The notes under the pieces were generated by a model that was not told where the DNA came from, searched no databases, and worked only from the letters and a program-made list of their open reading frames with translations. The position numbers were made by a program, and so were the translations under genes. A stretch of DNA of 64,000 bases, from assembly GCF_009914755.1 (NCBI RefSeq), contig NC_060928.1; one strand, written 5' to 3'. Source of the DNA: the human T2T-CHM13v2.0 reference genome, Homo sapiens. Of the stretch, positions 12,575 through 27,192 are shown piece after piece. How positions within the stretch are numbered: the stretch's first letter is position 1; every line of letters begins with the position of its first letter.

Positions 12575-14630
12575 ATACTTTTAAATTGACATACAGATAG
12601 CAAAAATGTTATACTTAGAGAAATGCTGTATTGAAACTTTCATACAGCCTTTACTCAGATTCCCATTGATGATACTTTACCACATTTGCTTAATCACCCC
12701 TTTCGGGCTCACTCCATATAAATGTCAAGAACTGTGAAGGGTCTGATATTTTATCCTGCTTACAAGCTAGCATGTTAACTTGTCATAGTTGCATAGGTGC
12801 TGGCAGAAGTCAAGAGACTTTAGGGTCAGAGACAAATACTTTATTACTCATGACATAGCAGGCAGCATTAGGTTAATGCTCCCATTGGTTTCTCTTGGTC
12901 CCAGTGATGGGGATGTTAAAAAGGCAGGTCCAGGTAGACAATTTACATCAAATGGGTCTTTATCATGAGTAAATAATCTCAAATTTACAAAAACATCTAT
13001 CTTGTACAGATATTGCAACTAAACCCATCCAACATTTATCCAAGAGGGATAAATTAAGTTTCTTATCTTAGTCATAAAACAAATCTCCTTTCTGCTGACT
13101 AAACGTCAATACTATCTCTATCTTCCATGGCTATTTGCTATACAAAAATCCCTGCAAGAGAGTGTAAGATAATGTATTTTTCAAGACAGGTAGAAATGTA
13201 AAGATTAATGGAGAATTGTCTCCTAACCATAAATACAAATTATCATTCTTCCCTTTTTCTAATCACTGAAAATGGCTCCAGACATCAAGTTCAATTAATC
13301 CTTAATTAATACAACAGTGCATATTTTACAAAAACAAGAATATTCTCCTACATTACCATAGCACAAATATGAAAATCTGTAAATCAATATTAATACAATA
13401 TTCCTAAGCAATGCACAAATTTCATTTACAATTCACTAATGTCCAACAATGTCTTTTTCTTTCTTGTTCAAGATCCAATCTAGAATCATGTGTGTATGAT
13501 CATGTCTCTTTATTCTTCTTCGATCTAGAACATTTCTCCAGTCTTACCTTGTCTATCATGACTCTGACTCTTTGAGAGAATGTACGACTTTCCATCTGAA
13601 GAATTTTTCTCAATCCTGTTCTGTCAAATAATTTCCTCATGTGCAAAGTCAGCTCGTGACTTTTGGGGAAGAATGCTATCCAATAATATTGAGCCTTTCA
13701 GTGTGTCACATAATGGGAACAGGACATCTTCCCATTCTCCCACTGGGTCTGTAACTCTAGCACACCAGTTAAGTTAAAAAATTGTCTGCAAATTTTCTTT
13801 ACTGAAAATGCATAGTTTTTCCTTGTGTAATTTTTAAATACCTAGAGAACAATTACTGTGAATAGGGCTCAGTATTCTTTTATCACCACATTTTTGGCCG
13901 CCAGTTTTAACAACCTTGATGCCCCCTACTGAGTTGACGCCCACTATAATGGTGTGTTTTCTATGTCTCTTATTCTTCCTACATATATTGTTATTCTAAA
14001 ATGAAGATGATATTTTCTTTTATGTTCATACATTTATTAACCTGTCAGTTAATTTATTTATACCTGTATGGAATCTTGGATTACTATTTTATTCAATATT
14101 ACATAAGCCATTATTACTGATATATTTCTTGATACTCAAACTACTCTAGATTTAGCAAACAGGAGCCCCTTCAAGCTGACTTCTGTCTCTTCTTGACATG
14201 TCTTGTTACTTCTTTGGGAACTTTTTAAATTTTTGTCACAAAAATGTGTTGCAGACTCATCTTGTACTTTTCCTGATCCACCCTTGAAGTTAGCCATTCA
14301 ATGATTTCCTGAAGCACTCTCATTTCCTTTTAATGGGTGATGGTGTTTTGAGACCAAAATCTATGTGCTTGGCATCCTCATTGATACAGAGGTATCACAG
14401 AATCTGGGTCATCTAGATGACAGAGCTAAGAAATGTCTGTCTCTATATCTAATATTACATAAATATACATGCATGCCTATATTTATTTGTATGTATAAAT
14501 CTGTAGAGGTCTATTCAGAATATCACCATATCTAATCTAATACCACCTCTCTATTTATATTTGTAAATTATTTCTCTGATAGTGAGAGTCCTGACTCCTA
14601 TAATATAAATGTATTTATCTAGTTGCTCAA
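12575..14630 (-). mobile_element. L1MC4/L1MC5-like 3' region; interrupted by an LTR40-like element
   Basis: Antisense L1MC 3' UTR motifs: acaaaaacaagaatattctccctacattaccatagcaca; gatttagcaaacaggagccccttcaagctgacttctgt; agaccaaaatctatgtgcttggcatcctcattg; gacagagctaagaaat. Confidence 0.7.
12723..13228 (-). mobile_element. Solo LTR, LTR40-like (ERVL)
   Basis: Starts TGTCAAGAACTGTGAAGGGTCTGA and ends GGAGAATTGTCTCCTAACC (near reverse complement of the LTR40 start TGTTGGGAGACAATTCTCC). Antisense poly(A) signal ctttatt. 5-bp TSD ATAAA at 12718-12722 and 13229-13233. Confidence 0.8.
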
Positions 14631-15285
14631 TCACCCTAGGTGAACTCAGTCTCCTGGCGATGCTAGCCACTTCTCTGACTGCTGGCAACACTGCCATCTC
14701 CTTGGCTCCACTGCCTCCTCAGCCTCCCATCCCATCATCTATTCCTCGGCACTCACCACCTATTTGGTGTTATTGACACCTACTCATCTATACTGCCTAT
14801 TTGGTCCCTTTAAGGGAAGAGAAATGGAAGAAAAAGCTGGAACTTTTTATTGTTATTTTAAAGTAAGCATTATATGTTTAATATTTGACCAGATAAAGTT
14901 CTGCAGTTGAACAAATGATATTTAGGGAATAGCCCAGAATCAATAACATTTTGTGGAGAAGCTATTCTGCTCTACATTGCCTAGAACTGTCTTAATATGA
15001 TTATATATAGATTTCAGTATTAAAACATCAATTTTTGAACTGTTACTGATACCCAACTCTTTTTCCCTCCCAGCTTTGTTACATTAGAGATGACATTCCA
15101 GTAAATCAATGAAATTCTGTTCAGTATTGTTCCAGTGGTATGGAGTTTCTGAGAAAAAGCAGAAACCAGTTATTTATGAGAAATAGTGTCTTTGAACCAT
15201 GACAGGCCATGATATACCTTCACCAGAACTGGGACAGGAGGGTCCCCAGAGTTGCAGATAGAACTCTGAGTAACTTAGATGTTTT

Positions 15286-15329
15286 ACACACACACACACA
15301 CACACACGCACACACACGCACACACACAC
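15286..15329. repeat. (CA)n microsatellite, imperfect
   Basis: Directly visible, with two CG interruptions. Confidence 0.97.
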
Positions 15330-18300
15330 GTTGGAAGTATCCTGATATCTCTTCAGGAATCGAATATGACTTCCTAAATATATGTATGCTAAAAAGAAAG
15401 ATTGCATCACTTCTGAAATAAGTATGAATCTTTTATCAAATCCAATTCAACATGAATCGAAGCTTCAGAAAGCAGATATGTATAGATACTATTTTTAAAA
15501 GTGTTAATAGCGCACTAGTATAATGCTTTGTGTTTTGAATAATCATTCAAGGAATCTAGGAAAGCTCAAGTAATATTTTGAGTAAAAATATATCAAAGTA
15601 AAATTTAAAGGCAAAAATGAAATCAAGGGAAACCGTGTTATTGGAATTGTTGCCCTCAGAAAAGCTTCTTAAATAAGTGTAATAAATGAATGCATCTGGA
15701 ATGAAGTTCTAAACGTGTGTACACAATGTTTCTAAACCAATAAATGTTGAAGAGCATATATTGATCTTAGAGTAAGATGGCATTGACAAATATTAAGTCC
15801 TCAAAAAGGCTAGCTATTACTACTATTTCTTGTTGTGGAAATTGGGAATGTGATTTGGGAGAAAAGGGGTTCATTTTATCTATTACTTACTAGATCTGGG
15901 CTATGCACAAATCTGACCAAGTGAATAATAATAATCAGTCAAAGCTACATTGGAAACCAAGATCCTGGCATATACATCAAACAAAATTTATGTGAAAAAT
16001 ATTAGCAATCTATTACTTTAACAAGTGAATTGGCATGTTTCTTTGAGTCTTTATTTATTTTTAATCCAAGAATAAATAGTGTTAGTGAACGATTGATGGG
16101 GTTGAGGTCTGTTATAACCAATATGTCACAGGTAGGCAGGACCAATGCCCATGTAAAGTGACTTTCTCCACTGTCAGGCAATAAGGCTGAGACATCCTTT
16201 GGCAGGAGTCAGAAGTATGGCATACGGTGGTAGCTTCTCCATCAGAAACATATAGTTTTTACTATGTGCTTAGTCCATGAGGGTGGATATATTTCAATGT
16301 GTGCAATGATTTAGGTGACAGTTTTATCAGCACCTTAAATCTCATCAGGCCATTACCACGGGCATTTACATGAGTGATGCAAATGATCTGATTTTGTGTT
16401 GCATCCCCAAAAAGGAGTTATCTTTAATCTGCTAGTCTCTAGTCTTCTAAGTAGCAGACAAGGTGGTGTGGGCATTGTTAACAGCTCGATTGTCAACTGA
16501 GCAGAGCAACCATGTATGCTTTTGGTTTTGCACAGCTGGGGTGGACATCACTGGGTTTTGGCTTGGCTGAACCGTCAGTGACCCAGGCCAAGGCAATTAG
16601 GGGAACCTTGTCAATCAAGGGATCCATTGAGCCAGCAGGTTCATTTTACATGGTAGAGAAGGGTTGGTTGTAACTTTTTAAAATCACTTTGTGGATATCT
16701 TATTTTTTCTATTATTTAAGTGAACTGCCAATTAAACAGAAATAAAAATGATAAATTAGATTGTATAATCATCCTAGATATTAACCCTGGAGAGTACTCA
16801 AAAATAGCAAAATTTATCTTACAGATTACATAATTATATGCATTTACCCTGTTTCCTAGATAACAGGGGCATCAGCATGTGAATCTGGGACTTCTCATAA
16901 CTCATAAAAAATGGTAATAACCTTGAAGTTTGTTATTTTCTCTTCTCTTTGCTGAATGTTTTTGCATGTGGTTCATTCCCCCATACACCTCTTTTTTTCA
17001 ACTTTATCTGCTTTGACATTGTCTTCTTTTTATTTGTCTCATGTGTACCCAAAGAAGTTGTTTTCCATCAAGTGATTTACTTGATGAAATATTCCATTAC
17101 CCTTATACACATCTGACTTAGTCCTTCTTTTATCCATGTGTGTTTTGTTTTGTTTGTTTCTTTTTCTTTATTTCTGGTATGTGTTGCTTTTTATCAAACA
17201 GCATGACTGAGTCTTGACAAGTAACAACCCTTCATCGATTTATTGGAATAAAGTAGAACCAAAAATTATATCAACATCTATAGTTGGTATATTTTTATTA
17301 CACTAAAAAGCATGGGTTGATAAAAAAAAGTTTTTTGAAAAAATACTAAAGAAGATTAATGCATAATAATAATTAGCTTGTGTCCCTGTAACTTTCAATT
17401 GTGGGTTAATTCCTGTATAGACAAGTACTACAGAACATAAGAGTAAAATATGTAAGAATGTCAGTAAATATAGGAAATGTTCCCAGATTAAATATAAAAT
17501 TATGTTCTGAATTTTTAAAGCATAAGACAAGCATTCCTCTGAATAGAAACTCAAGAATCATTGAGGCAAAGCAGGAACTAAGTTCTATCTCTAGATTCTG
17601 CAATAATACAAAAATTCATCTGGCAGAGTTGGGCTAGCATGCCAAAAAGTTCCTTCAGTCATACAGCCACCAGTGGTATCGAATCTAGTGGGGTTACTGC
17701 AGTCCCGTTGACTTTGTGACAATATGTACTGGGCAGAAACAAACTGTACTAAACGACTTTTTGGCCATATACTGTAATCATTTTTTTCATCAGTATCACT
17801 GTAACTTTTTATTGCTTTCCTGACAAAAACAGAGTTTCTACTTTTGTGTTGTTTCGAAAGTTTGGACTCCTAACAACACAGAATGTGGGATAAAGCAACC
17901 TAATAGTGGTTAATTAATAATAAAAAGACTCCTATTTCACATTAATTAATTCTGTTATTTTAAGTGACAGATTAAAATGGAGTTAAGAAATTTCTATTTG
18001 TTTATGAAGAAAATTAGTGGTCATACAAATATATATAAAAAAGTTATCTGATATGAACATATGCTTCCATCATAAAGCTTCTCCATTCTTTGCCTGAATA
18101 TACTTGTTCAAGGATTTCTATACAATTTTCCAAGTTAAGGTAATATTTCAAATATTTCTTTGGATTTTAATTCCAATAAATTAATGCCTTTCTCAAGTTT
18201 AATTAGCTTAATTATATGATTATAATGTTTCTTGTGATAGATTAGTATTTCTGTACACCCATTTGTTCCCTAATCCTGAAAGACAAAAAAAAAATGGTTT

Positions 18301-18429
18301 GGTTAGGAGCACTGGGAATGTTTAAAATAACATCTTTGTAATCATATAGGGTGGGTTTGTACCTTCCCTGTCTTGTTTGATAGACATCAAAAGGCTAGTT
18401 ATTTAACCTAATTGTCCAAATACTTTAGC

Positions 18430-18550
18430 ATTTTTGAGTCTCAGTTTTGCTCTTTGTTAAATTTTACAAGATTAAATGAGTTAAAGTCTGTTGTATATTA
18501 TGCACGTCTAACATGATCAGTAACCGGGAGTTCTTGTAAATGTCATCACC
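18430..18550 (+). mobile_element. MIR 3' fragment
   Basis: tgagtctcagttttgctctttgttaaa...aagattaaatgagttaaa. Confidence 0.45.
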
Positions 18551-19602
18551 ATCACCAGTGCTATCATAATCATCATATATAAATATCCTTCCTAAACATT
18601 CCCTGAGAGGCTTGTGATATCTCAGTTTTAAAAAATGGTTTACAAACCTATTTCTACTGGAATAAGTTAAGTTCTAATGTTAGCACATTGTATGAATCTA
18701 AATCCATTCTGCATTGTCAAATATGTATGCAATTGATCTTCATTTCCTGACCTAAGATGCTCTGGAGTAACCACATTCATCAATAAAAAACTCTTATGCA
18801 AGACGAGAATGGTGGGTGGAAAGTCTCAAAATAGTTTGTATATTATGTTTGCATCCATCAAGATAAAAGCAGAAAACTGCAAAACACATTTTATTACCTG
18901 ACAAGCAGGTAATGAAATGTCTACCACTCCTGTATATAAAAATCATATTTTATTAACATAGGTTAACAGAAGGGAGCAACATTTGTGGCATAGCATGAAT
19001 TTGTAAAGGTCCCTCTTTGTGCATATACCCATAAACTCAATTTAGGACTCATAGAGATTATGAAAAATCTATTGTATTGGCTTGTAAATGGTTTAAAGGC
19101 ATTCATTAGTACAGCAAACACTTTTGAGAATCAACTATATATCAAGCAAATAATTAGATCTCGGGTATCCATAAGAAATTATACATGTTCCATGACTTCA
19201 AAACGTTCACAAGCTAAGAAGAAAGATGACCATCAAAATAACTACCTTGGCAGTAACTAGATCACATCCATGTCCCATTTATTGCAATTTTACTCATGGG
19301 CCGAAAAAAGTGTTACATCTGTTTATGTGTCTGTATGTGTCTGTTGCAGGGTTGGTGGTAGAGATTACGAGGAAGAAAAAAGAAAAACCACACAAAGTAG
19401 GGGTCACTGTAAACAATACATTCACAAATATACACGAATAGGTGTATATTAGAAAGAACTTTTATTTTTATATAATTCTGTAGAAGTTAAATACAGAAAA
19501 TATATTAGTGAATTAAAGGAAAAAAAATTCAGTGCCAGCCCCAGTAAACAAAGAGGGATTTATTTTTTAGTTGTGTAAAGTGATACAAATATTTCTGAAA
19601 AT

Positions 19603-20624
<1,022 letters not shown>

Positions 20625-20743
20625 TGACCAGATTTGGAAGGAAATCGAGTGGTATTTTAGAATGATACTTCTGATAATAATGTAGACTGGACATGTGGAA
20701 CTAGATGGCTGTGAAGGAAGGATGATACTCCCAGTGATGAGGC

Positions 20744-21170
20744 TGTTTTAGCTTTCTTTTATGTGTAACAAATCATTCCCAAATTCATTTTTATTTTTCA
20801 TAATTATATGTTTTAGGAATTTGGACACCGCAAGGGTAGCTCAGATCTGTTTAACAGAGTCTGGAACCTCAGATGAAATAAACTAATCTCTCTCTTTCTC
20901 ACTCTCTCTCTCTCTCTCTCCCAACACTCCCACCTTCCCTCTCTTTTGTTCTCTGTTTTCACCCCTCTCTCTACCCTCATAACTCTTCCTCATGTCTATG
21001 TTGGTGATCTTCTCCATGACAACCTCAGCTACTGATATTTCTTACATGAATACTCAGTGCTCCAAGAGGAAGGAAGAAGAATATTCTGGTCTTCTGAAAG
21101 ACTTGAGCATATTATGCTTACTCTTTTGGTCAAAGTAGTGACAGGCCCACCAGAATTCAAGAATATTTGA
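20744..21170 (-). mobile_element. Old MaLR LTR (MLT1H-L-like) with internal (CT)n
   Basis: tgttttagctttcttttatgtgtaacaaatcattcccaaa...ttaggaatttgg...ggtcaaagtagtgacaggcccaccagaattcaag. (CT)n at ~20887-20920. Confidence 0.55.
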
Positions 21171-21699
21171 AGTCTAGGTTGTGCCTTCTGGTTTCTCACC
21201 AATAACTTAATTCTGGGATGATGAATTTGGAAAAAGAAGTTGGTTGTAATTGTTAAATTGTAAAGTCAGTGAAGTCAGTAATCTGCGATCACCTTCAGCA
21301 CAAACACAAAGTAGCTAAGCTTAGTTTTATTGCATCCTGTCATTTACCCTTTGATGACTGTTCATTTGTATTTTTAGAATCCCATAAGTGAGGTAGCACC
21401 AACCAATGTACAAGTCATTCCTTACATCTTGCTGCATAATTCACTCTCTATTGAAGCAGAAGTAACCTCAGCATGTAAAAAAACCCAACATCTTTTTGAC
21501 ACTTCAACATTTTACAAAGTATTAGTAAAAATTTTAAAAAATCATATATGATATCCGAATTGTACTTGTTAAATGGCATTATTTGCAGGAGGATCTAAGA
21601 GAAATACGCAATTCCAGGTTTTGCACATTAATAAATAGATCAGTCATGAATATCTTGCTTGGCCAATGCAAAGAATTGTTCCCCCCCAAATAATGGAAA

Positions 21700-22130
21700 T
21701 ATACCAGACAAAACTTCCTCGCCATCAAGGAAGTTCTATGAACATTTGGGACAATTTTAAAATTAAGAAGAGTAATGATAGTACTGGGTTATAGCACACT
21801 GAAAAATACTTTATAAGTCTAAGAGCTATAAAAATGTGGGAGGGTGGAGAGAAAACCCTTCTCAGCCTATGAATGAAGATTATAAAAGTAGAGAGAATAA
21901 TAAAATGTTTTTAATCATCATTTTGCATTCACTAGCCTAAAAATTGATTCAGACAAAAGCCCCCAGTGGATTAGAAAGCCATCAATTAAATGTGTTTGTG
22001 GTACAGAATATTAGTATGTTCTCTAATATCATCTCATAGATCCCCTACTAGTTTCAAAAGGTAAAGAGTATTTTCACAATGAAGAAATCTAGTATATCTC
22101 ATTTTAATGAAGTGTTCAAACAGCATCACA
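21700..22130 (+). mobile_element. L1MC4/5-like 3' UTR fragment (host element; resumes at ~27220)
   Basis: ttttcacaatgaagaaatctagtatatctcattttaatgaagtgttcaaacagcatcac. The continuation (gattatgatg...attcttaccaaaa) appears after 27220. Confidence 0.5.
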
Positions 22131-22412
22131 TGCTTTCCGTTTCAGCTCAAAGAGGTAAAGAGCTGGAGAAAATGTTGCTTCTACCAATAATATAATATGA
22201 AAAATAGCTTGGCAAACAGTAAATTAATGACTTCTTCTGCACGCCTCAGAGAATTGAATCCACAGGGCAAACAGCTAATCTGAATCTTAAGAGAAACAGT
22301 CGCCCACAGGGAGAAACAGGACCCAGGCATTCGTCTGAAACAGAAGACCACAATGCCTTATAAATTTGAATGAATTGTTTGAGAACAAGGGTGGGCAGGG
22401 AAGCATGAAGCC

Positions 22413-22817
22413 TATTATCAGTTAAATTACGTCCACTCGAAATTTACATGTTGAAGTTCCAACCCTCAGTACCTCAGAATGTGGCCTTATTTGGAGGTAG
22501 TATCTTTAAAGAAGTAATCAAGTTATAATGAGGCCATTAGTGTGCCCTCATCCAATAACACTGGTGTCCTTACAAAAAGTAAAAATGTAGACACAGAGAC
22601 ACTGAAGAAGGGAAGATGAAACGAAGAAACAAAGGGAGAAGGTCGCCATCCACAAGCCGAGGGTAGAGGCCTGGAACAGGTCCTTCCCTCACAGACCTCA
22701 GAAGGAACCACCCCTTTATATACCTTGCTTTTTGACCTCTAGCCTCCAGCATGAGATAATACATTTCTGTTGTTTGAGCCACCCTGTCTGTGGTACTTTT
22801 TATAGTGTCCTAATGTA
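22413..22817 (+). mobile_element. MLT1B-like MaLR solo LTR
   Basis: accctcagtacctcagaatgtggccttatttggag...acagacctcagaaggaacc...catttctgttgtttgagccaccctgtctgtggtac. Perfect 5-bp TSD AAGCC at 22408-22412 and 22818-22822. Confidence 0.9.
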
Positions 22818-25061
22818 AAGCCACTGAGGGATGTAGTCATAGTGGGGTTTTCACGATTGCACAGACTTTCCCTCAAGGAACTCCACCAGATTCCCACAGG
22901 GAAAGTCAGAGAGCATCCTGAGAAAGCCCAGTGGTGGATCTGGCTTAAGGAAGGAAATGGCAGCCACTGCCAGAATCTGACTAAGCCCTTCTCTCCTGTG
23001 TCCCTTTTGGAAAAAAATACTTAGTTTTTCTGAGCAAGGGCATCCAAACATGCAGCATCAGAGTTCTATGAGAAGTCTATTGAGACTGAGGAAATGGATC
23101 AAAGCTCAACACTCAAACTCCTCACAGATGTGTCTCGCTTATCATTCCTGAGTAACAAAAACATTGATTTGTGGGTTGGAGGGAACTTACCCTCCCACAT
23201 CGCTCCAGTGAGCAAAACTCAAATAAAAATAATAGTAACATAGAGCTGGATGAACTGCAAGAGCCAGGATCCCTCTGGGAGCAACACAAAAGCATGATCC
23301 AAAACCAATCAGAGAAACAAAAATCAGGCATGACTAAGTATCACTAGGGGAATTTGAGTCTCCAGTGCACCAGCCATACCATGGTAACAACAAACTTCAA
23401 ACCTAACTAACTTCTGACTAGATTAACCCAAACACCCACATTAGTGTCCTAGCAGAACAAAGAAAAAACCATGTTCAACAGCAAACATAAAAATACATTG
23501 ACATCAGTATCTATTATCTTATGCATCATATTTTGCTTTCGACAAAAAGTCAAAGAATACAAAAAAGCAAGATAAACACATCAGAAGACAAAACAATCAT
23601 AAAAGACAGATCTAGAAGTATATGGTTGTTAGATATATCAAGCAAGATAAACACATCAGAAGAGAAAAAAATCATAAAAGACAGATTTAGAAATATCAGT
23701 CAGGGAATTTAAAATAACTAAAATTGATGCTAAAATTTTTAATAAATCAGGTAGATAACATGCAAAATTAGATAAAAATGCCATCAGAGAGATGGAAATA
23801 AGAAAAAATTAAGTGAAAATTCTATAAATCGAAAATTTAGTCACAGAAATAAAGAATATTTTTAAAAGGCATATCTTTGTACTTTACAGTAGAAAAAAAT
23901 GAATTTGACTTTACATGAATAGAAAGTTTCCAACCTAACATTTAAACACTGAATGAGCAAAAAGCAGAACAGATCATTCAGAAACAGCGAGTCAATATCA
24001 AACATCTTGATACGTATGTAATTTTTAATCCTAAAAGGAGAAGAAGAGAGAATGGGAAAAAAAAAACTTGAAAAAAATGAATGAAAATTTGCCAAAATGA
24101 TTGGGATACCAAACCACCAACTCACAACTCTAAGAGAACATGAAGTAGGATTAGGATCAAATAACCCACATCAAGGCATATAATATTCAAACTACTGAAG
24201 CCAAAGAGAAAAAAAGAATTGAAGCCCAGAGAGGGGATGATATTGCCTGCATCTGTTGTTAGAAACCTGCAAGCAAGAAAAAGCTAGTAACATATTTAAA
24301 GTATGAACAACAACGACAACAAACCCTGTAAACTCAGAATTCTATAGTGTACATAGCAAAATATCCTTCAAAAGTGAAGGACAAATAAATACTTTTTTTT
24401 CAGGCAAATAAAGACTTTTTCAGACAATTAAAACAAGGAATTTATTGTTAGCAGATCTACTCAAGAAATGCTAAATAAAGTTCTTCAGGGAGAAGTAATA
24501 TGCTGTAGATCAAGATTTATATATACAAAAGAATGTAGAGTATTGAAAATGGACTAAATGGACTGAAAATATAATTAGTTATTATGTTTAATTGCTCTGA
24601 AAAAAACTGATGGCTTAGAGTAATAAAAGTAAAACTGTATTGTGTGTTTACAGCATATGTCAAAGTGAAGTATTTGACAATTATAGCACAAGAGATGAAG
24701 GGAGAAATTGGATAGATACTGTTCTAAAGTTCTTAGACTATTTTAGAAACAGTACAATATTTAAAGATAGATTCTGGCTATTTAAAGTATATATAGAAAA
24801 TCTATGAAAAACATTTAGAAAGCTAATAAAATAAAGATACTGTTACAACAAGTCAAAAGAAAACATGAAATGAAATCATAAAAAATACGTTAACCCAAAT
24901 AAGGCAGAAAAATGTTTAAAAAGAAACAAGGAATAAATGGTTGACATAGGTTTAACTGTGTTATCAGTGATAGTAAAGGGGCCACTACAGAAAACAGTTT
25001 GACAGTTCCTCAAAAAATTATCATATGATGCAGCAATTTTACTCCCAGGTATATACACCAA

Positions 25062-25620
25062 CATTTCCTAGGAAAAAATTTTAGACTGAAACAAATGTGC
25101 CTGACTCTACTACAAATGTCTGATACAACCTCAATATGGGGCACGGCACAGAGGGAAAGGAATTCACTGTAATGAAGTCTGAATCCATTGTTGATGTTTG
25201 ACTGTTGGCAGTTTTCAAGCCTCGTCATTCTGTGTTCTTCTCTTGTCCCACATCCTGGCTACCTAATAAGAAAGGCCACACTATTCTGTCCTTGATGCCA
25301 AAGGAAAGTTAAAATCATGCAAGATCCAGACTACAAGAATACAGAATGCTTATTTTAACCTGACCCCTTAACACTTACACACACACACACACACACACAC
25401 ACAGGCACAATCAGTTGCTGCTTGTCAATTAGTTGCTGCTCCCTTCTCTCTCAGGCAATTTTTGAACCTGTTTGAATGTCTTCCCTGCTCTCTGTAGAAA
25501 GCCTCACTATGTGAATAATAAATATCTTCAGATCCTTTTGGTTTCTGTGTGGTGTCATCAGTGTCCACATCTTGGGGTGAAAAAGAGTGTCCATGTGTCT
25601 TCAAAGTGTGACTATAGTAC
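25062..25620 (+). mobile_element. ERVL solo LTR (MER73/MER54/LTR53-like) with internal (CA)n
   Basis: ttccctgctctctgtagaaagcctcactatgtgaataataaa...tgtgtggtgtcatcagtgtccacatc is typical of this LTR group. (CA)n at ~25377-25402. Left boundary is uncertain. Confidence 0.6.
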
Positions 25621-26410
25621 CACCGACATATGTAGGTTTGAAAAGGGTATTTTCACTGGGTTCTATAAGGATACAGACACAATAAAATGTACATAAACAT
25701 TGTATTGTGAAGCATAAACTCCCCTATTCACCACAGAGGTAGTGACTCAAAATTCTGAAACTATATGTGTAGCAGGTTCAAACTAACTATACTTTAGCCA
25801 GGTTTCTTAATCTCAGAGTAACAATTTACTAATAAGCAGGTAAAGTTTTACAAATAAACAGGTTAGTAAGTTAGAAGGAACTCTGTGGTGTAATTAGAAT
25901 TGCAAATATTGGTAAGTACTTATTTCAGTGTGTATGTGTACTTTTTAACAGATAGATGGGGAACTACATATAGATACATGTATCAAGTGCATTCATTGTC
26001 TGCATACTTGTTTCCTCATACTATATGTCTTAATAAAAGAAAACAGCATTTCTTAGAGAAGTAGCTGATCCTAGAACTTCAGCAGAGAAAATACTAGATT
26101 AGCCTGGAGTATCTTACAGTGTCAGAAACTAGGGAGGTGTTCAAAAACAAAAGAAGAGGGCAATGGCAAAGAGACACAGGAAGCAACCTGAAAGAGCTCA
26201 TAATAATCAAAGCTGGAATAATCTGAGTAACATAATCATAATAACAAAAATATAGTAATAATTATAACCCAAGTATAAAATAAATAACTATCCACACATC
26301 CATATTGACACAAATAAATGACTGGAAAAAAATCGTCAAAAGTGAGGGAAAAAGAATAATTCATTTTTACAAAATTCATTTTACAAAATATTTTTACATT
26401 ATATTGTGTA

Positions 26411-26412
<2 letters not shown>

Positions 26413-26477
<65 letters not shown>

Positions 26478-26478
26478 A
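26413..26478. repeat. Compound (TG)n(AG)n microsatellite
   Basis: Directly visible; about 21 TG units followed by about 11 AG units. Confidence 0.97.
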
Positions 26479-27098
26479 CAGGACTCCTTTTTTAGAAGGT
26501 GGAACTTAACCCTCCCCTTAAGAATAGATTGGACTTAGTGACTCTCTCAAATAATATAATATGGAGTGAGAAAAATGGTAACTTTAAAGTGGACACAACT
26601 GGCAGACACCACCTTAACCAAACAATGAGGATTAATATCACCAGTAATAAGTCATGATGATATCTATCATATATCCTTCCCCTTTATGGTATTACTTCCA
26701 AAAATCAATAAACCCAGTGTGATAATGAGACAATATCAGACAAACACTAATTGAATGGCTTTCTAGAAAAATGCCTGATCATATTCCTTCAAAAGTGTCA
26801 AGGTCGTGAAAAATAAGAAAAAGTTATAAAACTGTCATAGACAAGAACAGACTAAGGAGACATAACGGCTAAATGCAACATTGTATCCTGGATTGGATCT
26901 TTGAATAGACGAAAAGGGCCTTAAAGAGAAAACTGGTAAAATCAGAATAAATCAGTAATTTACTTAATAGTATTGTATGAATACTAATGTATACTTTTAG
27001 TAAATATTCTGTAAGTTTGTAAGACATTAACAGTACAAAGTTGTAAGTTTTATAATAACTCTCTGTATTCTTTTCAACTTTCTATAAATCCAAATTAT

Positions 27099-27192
27099 TA
27101 ATGCTTCAGGACTTACCATGAAAGTTACTTCCAGAAAATCTCGTTATCAAGTTGAAAAATCTTAAGTCAAATCATTCGTTGGGTACTGTCTG
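27099..27192 (+). mobile_element. Internally deleted MER47-like (Tigger) miniature
   Basis: atgcttcaggacttaccatgaaagttacttcc resembles the MER47 left end and tcgttgggtactgtctg resembles the right end. It splits the L1 terminus aaattatt|ccaaaataaaag. Confidence 0.6.
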
